From the sequence record DRR723986_1366: DNA of 46,172 nt. One strand, given 5' to 3'. Every line of letters starts with the position of its first letter. The first letter of the stretch is position 1. Positions 9,544-18,924 of the stretch are shown piece after piece. The position numbers and the translations under genes are program-made. Below the pieces are notes generated by a model. That model ran no database searches. It was not told where the DNA came from and worked only from the letters and a program-made list of their open reading frames with translations.

Positions 9544-10014
9544 TCAGCCGCCGGTGGTGAAAATCGGAACGACAATCTCTGTAGTCGTACCGGTTGTGGC
9601 GTCGAAAATGGTCAATGTGATGGAATCCAGCCCCCGCTGAAATTCCACCGTCTGGTCGCCGAACACGACCCGCCCATAGTCCTGTGGATTATCTCCGAAA
9701 ATGGCATTCGCAACTTCCGAAGCGAGACCGGACAACAACCGGCTCTGCAGCTGGCGGATAAACAGGTCGGCCTGAGGATCGCTGGACGACGCGCTCTGTG
9801 GCGGCTCGGTGTCATCCTGTGCGTTGGCTACGCCCAACAGATGGGCCGAATTGAAGGGATTGCCACCGAAAGATGGGTTCACCGGCGTATACACCAACTC
9901 CTGCGCGGACGCGGACGGGGCGTTCATCCATATGGCCACCAGCATCTGCGCTGGAAGGAACAACATCCGCCAGCGGATTTTCATGAGCGAATTGCCCGTT
10001 GTCGACCTAGTCAT
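9544..10014 (-). CDS. csgF: Curli assembly protein CsgF
   Basis: Mature N-terminus QELVYTPVNPSFGGNPFNSAHLLGVANAQ and C-terminal DATTGTTTEI. The start is 10014 (GGAGAGG RBS) or 9984. Confidence 0.95.
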   Translation of the reverse strand: MTRSTTGNSLMKIRWRMLFLPAQMLVAIWMNAPSASAQELVYTPVNPSFGGNPFNSAHLLGVANAQDDTEPPQSASSSDPQADLFIRQLQSRLLSGLASEVANAIFGDNPQDYGRVVFGDQTVEFQRGLDSITLTIFDATTGTTTEIVVPIFTTGG

Positions 10015-10930
10015 TTTCCGGTCCTCTCCAACGTTCTCCATCAACGATCAGCCGCCCGGCACGTGTCAGGTTGATCTCTCCAAGCGTGACCCCGTCATTT
10101 ACATAAGCCCTCGCCGCAGCCCCGATCGCGATCCGTGACGTTGAGGCAACGCCGTTCACATCCAGCTGGGACGCGCCGTCCAGTTCAGCGGTCAATTCGG
10201 ACAAGTCGACATCTGCCAGGGTCGCCCGGCTGGTTCCGGACATGAACACTTGCGCAGTACCTGCCACCTTCTCCGAGTTCAGTTTCGACGTTCGTCCCAG
10301 GCATGCACTCAGCAGGCGACCGACATTGGCAACCCTGATCAGGCCGCCATTGCTCGCATCTATGTCCGCCCGCCGCGCATGTTCGACACTAAACCGCGCG
10401 GCACCCATGGTCGTCAGGCGGAGCGTGTCCTTCACGCTTTTCGCAACGACGTTCGAGCAACCGCCGGCAAGGATTTCCAGATTTTCCGTTTCGGAAACTT
10501 CCGCATCCCCCGCACGTAGCACCAGCTTTACGTCCGCTGTTTCAGGAACCGAAACCACGATGGAAGGAAAATCCGTAATCGGGTGCGTGGCACCGTCTTC
10601 GAATGAAATCAACAGATTGCCATTCGTCCGAACGCAATTCATGGCGATAGGCGCGGGCATGCCGCGAATTCGCAGGCCAGTTGTCACACTTTCGTCCATG
10701 ATCACCCGGCCAAAGTCTGATGCACCTTCTGTAATGGATACAACACTGATCGCACTCTGATCGCTGCGTACGATCCGAACTGTGCCGATAAAGTCATCTA
10801 TCTGGAGTCCCACTTCATCCCCGATCCGGTCTGCCGGCAGACTTGCGTGCGCCGCCATGGAAAGGAGCGGAAGTGCGCAAAGTAGTGCAACCACCCGACT
10901 GAGGATCGCCTCCCACGCGGAAACATCCAT
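10007..10930 (-). CDS. Exported protein with probable GIN/DUF2807-like beta-helical repeats
   Basis: AGGAGG RBS before the ATG at 10930 and a signal-like segment. The C-terminal half has repeating short beta/Gly units (e.g. SGTSRATL, DGASQLDV). Family call is by eye. Confidence 0.55.
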   Translation of the reverse strand: MDVSAWEAILSRVVALLCALPLLSMAAHASLPADRIGDEVGLQIDDFIGTVRIVRSDQSAISVVSITEGASDFGRVIMDESVTTGLRIRGMPAPIAMNCVRTNGNLLISFEDGATHPITDFPSIVVSVPETADVKLVLRAGDAEVSETENLEILAGGCSNVVAKSVKDTLRLTTMGAARFSVEHARRADIDASNGGLIRVANVGRLLSACLGRTSKLNSEKVAGTAQVFMSGTSRATLADVDLSELTAELDGASQLDVNGVASTSRIAIGAAARAYVNDGVTLGEINLTRAGRLIVDGERWRGPEND

Positions 10931-11041
10931 TAACACACCTCCTTTCCATGACATCCCCAACCCAGACCTCTTGTTTGAGAGACCCAAATCCTGGCGGCTC
11001 ATGTCCCCGGCCAGTCAGGAGCGTTTCCCTCGCCTACGCGG

Positions 11042-11056
11042 GTAACAAAGCGTTAA
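11042..11056 (-). promoter_or_regulatory. Possible CtrA-type site (TTAA-N7-TTAC)
   Basis: Minus strand TTAA-CGCTTTG-TTAC, one mismatch to TTAA-N7-TTAA, in the promoter region of the curli operon. Confidence 0.3.
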
Positions 11057-11070
11057 TGTCGTGGAGGTGT

Positions 11071-11090
11071 CATCCCTCATTTGGGGGATG
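11071..11090. promoter_or_regulatory. 20-bp palindromic operator, candidate site for the adjacent LuxR-type regulator
   Basis: CATCCCTCAT|TTGGGGGATG with 8/10 dyad symmetry, located between the regulator's stop and the first gene of the operon. Confidence 0.6.
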
Positions 11091-11150
11091 CGCGCTCTGG
11101 CAGACAAGATTTTCTCTCGTAGGATGAATGGTGCGGCGGTTGCGCCACGC

Positions 11151-12245
11151 TCAGTCATGGTAATCGAATGCGAACCGAGACAGTTTGATGACGATTTCCG
11201 CCTGACGCCGTGTGCCGGTTTTCATGAGTATCGACTTGAGAAGGGACTTGATCGTGCTGAGTGCAACCTCTCTCCCCTCGGCAATCTCCGCAAGTGTATC
11301 ACCCGCATAAAGGCATTCACATACATCGCACTCGGCGTCCGTGAGAACGAAAGCCTGTCGAAGCAGATACCGATCCAGCCTCTTGGGCGCGAGCAGCGGA
11401 TCCAGCACGAGAATGGCGTGGCCTGACCTTCCGCCAAAGTTTTTCAGGGGCGGCACGGGCGTCACTGTGCAGATAAAAGTTCGCTCGGGACGCAGCCGGG
11501 TGAAAGAAAAGCGTCCGCCTGTGAGGCCTTTTGCTCCTCTCAGGGCAGCGGCAAGTGACAAATTCACCTCATCTGACATCATATCGAGGCGGCCAAAATG
11601 GTCTCGGCGGAGCAGGCCGGCCGACAAAAGCTTCTCGAATTGCTCTGTATACCGGAGCAGAACGCCTTCCTTGTCGAGGATCGCAACGTGTGCTTGTGGA
11701 CCGAACAGGTCCAGCAAGGAAGACGCCCGCGTATCGACGACTTGCTCCGCCAGCTGCACGACCGGCAGAGCGCTCTGTACGATGTTCGCAAACTTGTCGA
11801 GGACCTCCTTTTCGAAAGGGCCTTCCTCATATGGACGTGCAATTGCAAGCCCGACAACATGCCCCTTTCCTCTGGACAGGATCGCCCCGGAGAACTGGCC
11901 GATCCGGGCCGGGATCAGGAATTCTTGGTAAACGGGGTGAGTCCGGATGGTTGCAGTGTCGACCAGATCGGCATCATGAAAGATGCGGCCTGTCGGCATA
12001 CTGTCGAAGACTTTTTTCCGGGGGTTGTCGTACAGGTATTCGGCTTCTTTTTCGAACAGCTGGAAATCGACAGACCCGAAGATGGCCGAGTCGAGGATCA
12101 AGTTTGCATCGCTCACAGCAATCAGTTGCGCCGTGCCTGCACCGCAATACTCCGTCAGCCACTCCAATGCCTCTGGCAGGCTCTGGCTGTTACACATCCC
12201 TTCCAGCAACAATTCCTGAAAGCGGCCAGGTGAGCTGGTCGCCAT
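11151..12245 (-). CDS. LuxR-family HTH regulator with N-terminal sensory (GAF/PAS-like) region
   Basis: C-terminal FVLTDAECDV...LYAG.TLAEIA..R.VALSTIKSLLKSILMKTGTRRQAEIV; 364 aa; no receiver domain. Confidence 0.88.
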   Translation of the reverse strand: MATSSPGRFQELLLEGMCNSQSLPEALEWLTEYCGAGTAQLIAVSDANLILDSAIFGSVDFQLFEKEAEYLYDNPRKKVFDSMPTGRIFHDADLVDTATIRTHPVYQEFLIPARIGQFSGAILSRGKGHVVGLAIARPYEEGPFEKEVLDKFANIVQSALPVVQLAEQVVDTRASSLLDLFGPQAHVAILDKEGVLLRYTEQFEKLLSAGLLRRDHFGRLDMMSDEVNLSLAAALRGAKGLTGGRFSFTRLRPERTFICTVTPVPPLKNFGGRSGHAILVLDPLLAPKRLDRYLLRQAFVLTDAECDVCECLYAGDTLAEIAEGREVALSTIKSLLKSILMKTGTRRQAEIVIKLSRFAFDYHD

Positions 12246-12365
12246 CTAATGATCCTCTACTTGACTCCCATAAGTAGAAACATAGATTTTTTTCCCAGCA
12301 AAGCAACATTTATCAAGGTTGCATGATCGGCGCGCTTGCGGCCTCATCGGCAACCAGAGGTCTCT

Positions 12366-14024
12366 TCAGGCCTCTTCGGAGTTTTCGGCTTCGAACGCCT
12401 TCATGGCCCGCAATTCGTCTCTCAGGCTGAGATACAAACTGAAACAGCAGGCCAGCAGAATAAACGTGAAGGGCAACGCCGCGGTGATGGTGCCCGCCTG
12501 AAGGGACTGAAGCACATCTGTTCCGCCACCATATAAAAGTGCAGAAGCGGTCAGGCCGAGCATGCACGCCCAGAAGACGCGCTGTGCGACCGGCGCATCG
12601 GTCTTGCCGCCGCTGGTGATCGTATCAACGACAAGGGCACCGGAATCCGCTGATGTCACGATGAAGACGACAAGCAGGAAAATTGCGACGACGGACGTGA
12701 TCTCCGCAAACGGAAGATCTTCCAGCATCTGGAACAGAACAAGCGATGCACTGCTCATGCCATCGGCGAGTTCGCCTGTGCCGGATTGATTGAGCATCAG
12801 CGCTGTCTCACCGAACGCCGTGAACCAGATCACGCAGATCGTAAACGGGGCGAGCAGGACAACGGCGAAATATTCCCTCACGGTTCGCCCTTTGGAAATC
12901 CGCGCTATGAACATGCCGACGAAGGGCGACCAGGATATCCACCAGGCCCAATAGAATATGGTCCAGTCGTGGAACCAGACGATATCCGGGCGATCCACCC
13001 AGTTTGTAAGGGCTGGCGTATCTGTGATGTAGGCCAACAAGTTTTCGCCGAGCCCGGTGAAGATGAGGATTGTCGGCCCGGCGATGACCACGAAGATCAG
13101 AAGGCCGAAGGCAATGCTCATATTGACGTTGCTAAGGAATTTCACCCCGCCGTCCATACCGCGCAGGACCGAAATGACGGCGAGCCCCGTCATGAAGGCA
13201 ATAAGGCCCATCTGCACGTAGCGGTTCGGTTCGAACCCGAACAGATAAGCGAGACCGCTGGTCGCTTGGGTTGCCCCGATCCCGATCGTGGTGGCGAGAC
13301 CGAATACGGTCGAAACCACGGCAAACATATCAATGATGTGGCCTGGCCATCCCCAGACGCGCTCACCGAAAACATGGTAGCAGGCCGAACGGATGCTGAG
13401 CGGCAGCCCTTTGTTATGGGCAAAGAAACCGAGCGCCAGACCGACGATGGCGTAAATGGCCCACGGCGCGAGCCCCCAGTGGAAGATGGTCGCGCTGAAT
13501 GCGAGCCGCTCGGCCGCCGGTGTTTCCGGAGGCACATTGAGCGGCGTGCCATACCAGTCCGTATAATAAGCTAAGGGTTCGGCGGCACCATAAAACATGA
13601 AGCCTACCCCGACACCTGCTGCAAACAACATTGCCACCCAGGAATGCGTCCTGAATTCGGGCTCGGCGGTGGCACCCCCAAGCCGGATCCGGCCCAGCGG
13701 GCTGAAAGTGAGGTAAAGCGCGAAGGCAAACACAATCAGCGGCGTGATAGCAAAAAGCCAATCCGCGCGCTGGAGCGTCCAGGTTTTCGCAGCAGTGAGA
13801 TAGTGGGTCGCTGCCGCGGGAAAAATCAGGCTCATCGCCCCGAAAAGAACGATCAGACCGGCGCTCAGGAAGAACACCGGATTATGGACGTCCAATCCGG
13901 CGATTTCGACATTGTCCTGACCGACTTCATAATCAGTCTCATAAACAAAGAGGATTTCGTCTTCTGGGGTTTCTGCCTCGGGCGCTTCAGCGCCGGATAC
14001 GCTTGGTTCGAAATCTTGAGCCAT
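12366..14024 (-). CDS. BCCT-family (betaine/choline/carnitine) transporter
   Basis: Motifs SWVAMLFAAGVG, FHWG, WTIFYWAWWISWSPFVGMFIARISKGRTVRE and VTSADSG; about 12 hydrophobic segments. Confidence 0.96.
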   Translation of the reverse strand: MAQDFEPSVSGAEAPEAETPEDEILFVYETDYEVGQDNVEIAGLDVHNPVFFLSAGLIVLFGAMSLIFPAAATHYLTAAKTWTLQRADWLFAITPLIVFAFALYLTFSPLGRIRLGGATAEPEFRTHSWVAMLFAAGVGVGFMFYGAAEPLAYYTDWYGTPLNVPPETPAAERLAFSATIFHWGLAPWAIYAIVGLALGFFAHNKGLPLSIRSACYHVFGERVWGWPGHIIDMFAVVSTVFGLATTIGIGATQATSGLAYLFGFEPNRYVQMGLIAFMTGLAVISVLRGMDGGVKFLSNVNMSIAFGLLIFVVIAGPTILIFTGLGENLLAYITDTPALTNWVDRPDIVWFHDWTIFYWAWWISWSPFVGMFIARISKGRTVREYFAVVLLAPFTICVIWFTAFGETALMLNQSGTGELADGMSSASLVLFQMLEDLPFAEITSVVAIFLLVVFIVTSADSGALVVDTITSGGKTDAPVAQRVFWACMLGLTASALLYGGGTDVLQSLQAGTITAALPFTFILLACCFSLYLSLRDELRAMKAFEAENSEEA

Positions 14025-14046
14025 ATGCGGCTATTGCCGTAATTAC

Positions 14047-14168
14047 GTCGATAGTCAAATGATTGCACGGCAGGTTTCGCCCGCCATTGGGGGCAGAATG
14101 TGGACTCTATGTAACAGTTTTCGCCAATACCCGGGATAAAGCAGCCACAGCCCTTTAGATTATCGAAA
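14047..14168. promoter_or_regulatory. Divergent promoter region with two related candidate operators
   Basis: TTAGATTATCGAA (14155-14167, plus strand) and TTTGACTATCGAC (14047-14059, minus strand) are 10/13 identical. Confidence 0.3.
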
Positions 14169-14265
14169 TAACCAAGTAGCTCAGACGCATCGAGCAGCCA
14201 CGATTCTAAGCTGCGCGCCCGTTTGTTGTGCGCGCCACGGCTGGAGCTGACCCAAGGGGAAGAAT

Positions 14266-16842
14266 ATGAAGAAGTTAAAGTACGGCGCGTCGCTGATGGC
14301 GATCGCCGGCCTCGTCGCATCGCACGCGCAAGCGCAGGAAACCGCACCGGCACAGCCGGCTGCCAAAGTGAAGCGCCTCCAGGCTGTCACCGTGACCGCC
14401 ACCAAGCGTGCGGAAAGCGCCCAAAGCATTCCTGTCGCCGTGACCGCTCTTGGCCAGCAGGAGCTTGAATCGCTCGGCGTGAAAAGCTTCAACGACTATC
14501 TGATCCAACTGCCGGGCGTGACCGCCGGCGGCGCTGGCCCTGGCCAGAACACGATCTATATCCGCGGCCTCGCCTCGACGACGCCGAACCTGACAGTTGC
14601 CGGTGTTGCGGGTCTTGCACCGAACGTCAGCTTCTATCTCGACGAACAGCCGCTGGCCCAGCCGGGCCGCAACCTGGACGTCTACGCTGCCGACATTGAG
14701 CGCGTGGAAGTTCTGTCCGGTCCGCAGGGCACGCTATTCGGAGCCAGCTCGCAGGCTGGTACCGTTCGCATGATCACTAACAAACCTTCGCTGAACGGCT
14801 TCGATGCCGGCTTCAACGCATCGACCTCCTTCACCGACGGCGGTGAGATGAGCAACAGCGTCGAAGCGATGATCAACCTCCCGGTCAATGACAAGCTGGC
14901 CATTCGCGGCGTCGTCTACTCTGACACGCAAGGCGGCTACATCGACAATGTCGGCGGCGTCCTGACGGCCGAAGAATCCGGCCGCTTCCGTCCCGCTGGC
15001 ACAGTCCGGGCAAACGGTGTCCCGGTGAGCGCGCAGCGCGAAGGCTTCCAAGCCGGTGCTGACCTGTCTGGCGTGACGTTCATCCCTGCCAACAACGGCA
15101 CGATAGCTGAAAACGACATCAATGACGTGACCTATCAGGGCTTCCGCCTGAGCGGCCTCTACGAGATCAACGAAGACTGGGACATCCTGCTCCAGCATTC
15201 GCAGCAGCAGATCGATGCTGAAGGCGTGTTCTCAGCCGATCCGGAACTGGACGATTACGATATCGTCCGCTTTACCCCGGAAAGCACCGAGGACAAGTTC
15301 CATAATACCGCCTGGACGGTGAACGGCCGCCTCGGCGCACTGGAAGCCCTCTACACCGGTGCGTATACGGAACGCACAACGGATCAGATCGTCGACTATT
15401 CCGACTATCTCTTCGTCGGCCAATACCTGCCCTACTATATCTGCGACTACTCGGTAACCTATCCAGCCGGCGCCCCGACGGGCACCTGCTATGCTCCGGA
15501 CCTGTTCGTGAACTCGCACAGCGAAACCAAGGTGCAGACCCATGAACTTCGCTTCAACACGCCGGAACAGTATCGCTGGCGCGCCACGTTCGGCGGTTTC
15601 TTCAGCGATCTTGAACTGGCTGAGCGCAACGACTTTGTCTACCCGGGGTCGACCCAGGTTGCCTACACCGACGGCACGATCGGCTTTGCCCCGAACTATC
15701 CGCTGACCAACACAGACGTCACAGGCGCGATCGGCAGCGCCGCACCTGGCTACTACAGCCAGCCGGGCCCATTCCCGGAAGGCGTGATCTTCCGCAACGA
15801 CGTCAAGAGGACTGACAAACAGTTCGGTATCTTCGGGGAATCCAGCTTCGATATTACCGACCAGTTTTCGCTGACCCTTGGTGCCCGCTACTATGATGTG
15901 GAAGTTGATCTGGAAGGCAGCGCCAACTCGTCCTTCTACAACCTCTACACCGAGAGCGACCAACAGGTCTTCGGCACCAACATTTCCTACATCTACGGCC
16001 CGAATGGCCCGGCAGGTGCACCCGACAAGGCAGCAACGGACGGCTTCATCTACAAGGTTACGGGTGAATGGACCCCGACCGCAGACCTGCTGTTCTACGC
16101 CACCTATTCGGAAGGCTTCCGGGCTGGTCTGCTGAACCGTCCAGGCGGCACTGCAGGGCCTGGCGGTTACGTCGTGCCTTACGCCGTCGATACCGATGAA
16201 GTGAAGAACTATGAAATCGGCTGGAAAACCGAGCTCTTCGACAATTCGCTACGCTTCAATGGGTCGGCATTCTTTGTCGAAGTCGACGGCCTGCAGACCA
16301 CAATTTTCGATCCGTCGATCGTGAACCTGTTCTTCTCCGACAACGCGGCGAACGCCGAGATCCAGGGCATTGAAGGTGACTTCACCTGGGCCCCGGCGTC
16401 CATTGACGGTCTGACCGTTGCCGGTGCCTTCTCCTTCCTGGATACGGAAATCACGGAAGTTCTGGTCCCGACCAATGATGTGGTCAAAGGATCCGACCTG
16501 GCCTTCGCACCGTCCTATCAGGGCAACCTTCGTGTCCGCTATGAGTGGGATCTGGAACAGCAGATCGCAGGTCAGAACCTGCGCGCACACATCATGCCGC
16601 AAGTCGTGATCTCGGATGACTCCTTCACCGACGTGATCGAGATCAACAAGATGAAACTTGACGGTTACACCACGCTCGGCGCAACAGCCGGTGTGACGGG
16701 TGACAATTGGACCGCCGAACTGTTCGCGTCCAATCTGACGAACGAATATGCGGCCCTCAGTGGCAGCTTCGTCTACGACCGCGAGCGCATTACACCGATG
16801 CGGCCGCGGACGATCGGCTTCCGGTTCTCCTACGACTACTAG
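14266..16842 (+). CDS. TonB-dependent outer-membrane receptor
   Basis: Signal peptide, TonB-box-like VTVTATKR, plug motif DIERVEVLSGPQGTLFG, and C-terminal RPRTIGFRFSYDY. Confidence 0.96.
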   Translation: MKKLKYGASLMAIAGLVASHAQAQETAPAQPAAKVKRLQAVTVTATKRAESAQSIPVAVTALGQQELESLGVKSFNDYLIQLPGVTAGGAGPGQNTIYIRGLASTTPNLTVAGVAGLAPNVSFYLDEQPLAQPGRNLDVYAADIERVEVLSGPQGTLFGASSQAGTVRMITNKPSLNGFDAGFNASTSFTDGGEMSNSVEAMINLPVNDKLAIRGVVYSDTQGGYIDNVGGVLTAEESGRFRPAGTVRANGVPVSAQREGFQAGADLSGVTFIPANNGTIAENDINDVTYQGFRLSGLYEINEDWDILLQHSQQQIDAEGVFSADPELDDYDIVRFTPESTEDKFHNTAWTVNGRLGALEALYTGAYTERTTDQIVDYSDYLFVGQYLPYYICDYSVTYPAGAPTGTCYAPDLFVNSHSETKVQTHELRFNTPEQYRWRATFGGFFSDLELAERNDFVYPGSTQVAYTDGTIGFAPNYPLTNTDVTGAIGSAAPGYYSQPGPFPEGVIFRNDVKRTDKQFGIFGESSFDITDQFSLTLGARYYDVEVDLEGSANSSFYNLYTESDQQVFGTNISYIYGPNGPAGAPDKAATDGFIYKVTGEWTPTADLLFYATYSEGFRAGLLNRPGGTAGPGGYVVPYAVDTDEVKNYEIGWKTELFDNSLRFNGSAFFVEVDGLQTTIFDPSIVNLFFSDNAANAEIQGIEGDFTWAPASIDGLTVAGAFSFLDTEITEVLVPTNDVVKGSDLAFAPSYQGNLRVRYEWDLEQQIAGQNLRAHIMPQVVISDDSFTDVIEINKMKLDGYTTLGATAGVTGDNWTAELFASNLTNEYAALSGSFVYDRERITPMRPRTIGFRFSYDY

Positions 16843-16865
16843 GACAGCCCGAGACTTGAACCTGA

Positions 16866-16898
16866 AGCAGCGCCCTGACAGGTTCAGGGCGCTGTTTT
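16866..16898 (+). terminator. Rho-independent terminator/attenuating hairpin after the TonB receptor
   Basis: CAGCGCCCTGA-caggt-TCAGGGCGCTG followed by TTTT. Confidence 0.85.
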
Positions 16899-16922
16899 CT
16901 TATTGAGGAATAACCAGACGCG

Positions 16923-18914
16923 ATGACCGACGTGGCCACACCAGAAGCTGCGCTGCAGCAGGCGCAAAAATCGATCCAGTCCGGCGACTTCCGGACCGCA
17001 TCGAAGATCGCCGCAGATGTTCTGGCACAGCAGCCACAGCACCGGGACGCCCTCTACATGGCTGCGGTTTGCGCACGTTACGAAAACCGGCATGACGACG
17101 CCTTCGATCGTCTCGCCGAGCTGAAAGCCGCTTCACCGGATTACGGCCGCGCCTGGCAGGAGGAAGGGCATCTCCGGCGCAAACTGGGGGACAATGCCGG
17201 CGCGCTGACAGCGTTCGGGCGCGCCACGCGTTACAACCCGTCCCTCATTGCCAGCTGGAAGGCCATGGCGGAACTGCAGGCCGCGGCCGGCCATTCCGGC
17301 GCAGCCGACAATGCGCTCGCCCAGGCGCAACGGCTTCAATCCCTTCCGCGCGAACTGCTGGCGGTGACCAATCACATCCATGAAGGCCGCATCTTCCGGG
17401 CAGAGGAAATCGCGCGCGCCTTCCTGCAGCGCAATCCCACGCATGTTGAAGGCATGCGCCTGCTCGCCGACATCGGCTCACGCCTCGGGGTGCAGGAGGA
17501 TGCCGATTTTCTTCTGGAGAGCGCTATCGAGCTGGATCCGGAAATCATTCAGCTCCGACTTGATTACATCCAGGTACTGCGCAAACGGCAAAAATTCGCT
17601 GCGGCGCTGGAACAGGCCAATTTCCTGATGTCCCGCGATCCGGACAATCCGGTCTTTCAATCCCACTACGCCATCGAGAGCATGCAGGCCGGGGACTATG
17701 AAACGGCGCTGGCGTATTTCGACCGCGTCCTGAAGGTCCTGCCGGATGACCCCGCGACGCTTGTGTCGCGCGGTCATGCGCTGAAGACCTATGGACGCAC
17801 GGACGACGCCATCGCATCTTACCGGCGCGCAACCGAAGTCGCTCCCGGCCATGGGGATGCGTGGTACGGGCTCGCAAACCTGAAGACCTATCGCTTCACG
17901 GACGACCAGCTCGCTGCCATGGAAGCGCAGGCCGCGTCGCCGGATCTTGATCACATGTCGCGTATCCACATCGCCTTTGCCCTCGGCAAGGCGCGGGAGG
18001 ACCAGAAGAATTACGACGCCGCTTTTGCCGCTTATGCCAGCGGCAATGCGCTGAAGCACCAGACGGTCCGCTACACGACCGAACAGATGCAGGCCGAGCT
18101 CAATGCGCAGAAAACGCACTGCTCGGCCACCTTGTTCGAAAACCAGGGCGGAAAGGGCTGCCCTGCCCCGGACCCGATCTTCATCGTCGGCCTGCCCCGC
18201 GCGGGTTCCACACTGATTGAACAGATCCTCGCGTCTCACCCGGAGGTCGACGGCACACTGGAATTACCCAACATCCTCTCCCTGGCCCACCGCCTGCGCG
18301 GCCGTAGCCAGATAACCGACCGGGACCGTTACCCCCGCATCCTTCATGAGATGACCGCAGAGGAGCTGTGTGCCCTGGGTGAGGAATACATCGAAAACAC
18401 CCGGATCCACAGACAGGACGCCGCTTATTTCACTGACAAGATGCCGAACAATTTCAGGCATATCGGGCTGATCCACCTGATCCTGCCCAATGCGAAGATC
18501 ATTGATGCGCGGCGTAATCCGATGGACTGCTGCTGGTCCGGCTTCAAGCAACTCTTCGCCGAAGGGCAGGAATTCACCTACAGCCTTGAAGACATCGGCG
18601 AATACTACAGGGCCTATGTCGACCTTATGGACCACTGGGACGCTGTGCTTCCGCCGGGGCGAATCCTGCGCGTGCAGCATGAAGACGTCCTGGATGACCT
18701 CGAAGGACAAGTCCGCCGCTTGCTGGATTATTGCGGCCTGCCTTTCGATGAGCGCTGCGTGAACTTCCACCAGACGGAAAGAGCGGTCCGAACGGCGAGT
18801 TCCGAACAGGTCAGGCGCCCGATTAACAAAGGCGGGCTTGAACAATGGCGCCCTTATGAGGCACATCTTCAACCTCTGAAGTCCGCGTTGGGGCCAGACC
18901 TCGCGCCAGCTTAG
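16923..18914 (+). CDS. TPR-repeat sulfotransferase-family protein
   Basis: About 400 aa of Ala-rich TPR-like helices, then a PAPS-binding loop PIFIVGLPRAGSTLIEQIL, DKMPNNF, RNPMDCC and TASSEQVR. Confidence 0.93.
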   Translation: MTDVATPEAALQQAQKSIQSGDFRTASKIAADVLAQQPQHRDALYMAAVCARYENRHDDAFDRLAELKAASPDYGRAWQEEGHLRRKLGDNAGALTAFGRATRYNPSLIASWKAMAELQAAAGHSGAADNALAQAQRLQSLPRELLAVTNHIHEGRIFRAEEIARAFLQRNPTHVEGMRLLADIGSRLGVQEDADFLLESAIELDPEIIQLRLDYIQVLRKRQKFAAALEQANFLMSRDPDNPVFQSHYAIESMQAGDYETALAYFDRVLKVLPDDPATLVSRGHALKTYGRTDDAIASYRRATEVAPGHGDAWYGLANLKTYRFTDDQLAAMEAQAASPDLDHMSRIHIAFALGKAREDQKNYDAAFAAYASGNALKHQTVRYTTEQMQAELNAQKTHCSATLFENQGGKGCPAPDPIFIVGLPRAGSTLIEQILASHPEVDGTLELPNILSLAHRLRGRSQITDRDRYPRILHEMTAEELCALGEEYIENTRIHRQDAAYFTDKMPNNFRHIGLIHLILPNAKIIDARRNPMDCCWSGFKQLFAEGQEFTYSLEDIGEYYRAYVDLMDHWDAVLPPGRILRVQHEDVLDDLEGQVRRLLDYCGLPFDERCVNFHQTERAVRTASSEQVRRPINKGGLEQWRPYEAHLQPLKSALGPDLAPA

Positions 18915-18924
18915 GTTCAAGATA

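Noticed and set aside
4531-12305. Curli cassette as a mobile island with flanking direct repeats (CAAAGCA near both ends)
   Set aside because: Only 7 bp, expected by chance, and there is no integrase, transposase or tRNA target. Horizontal origin remains possible but is unsupported here.
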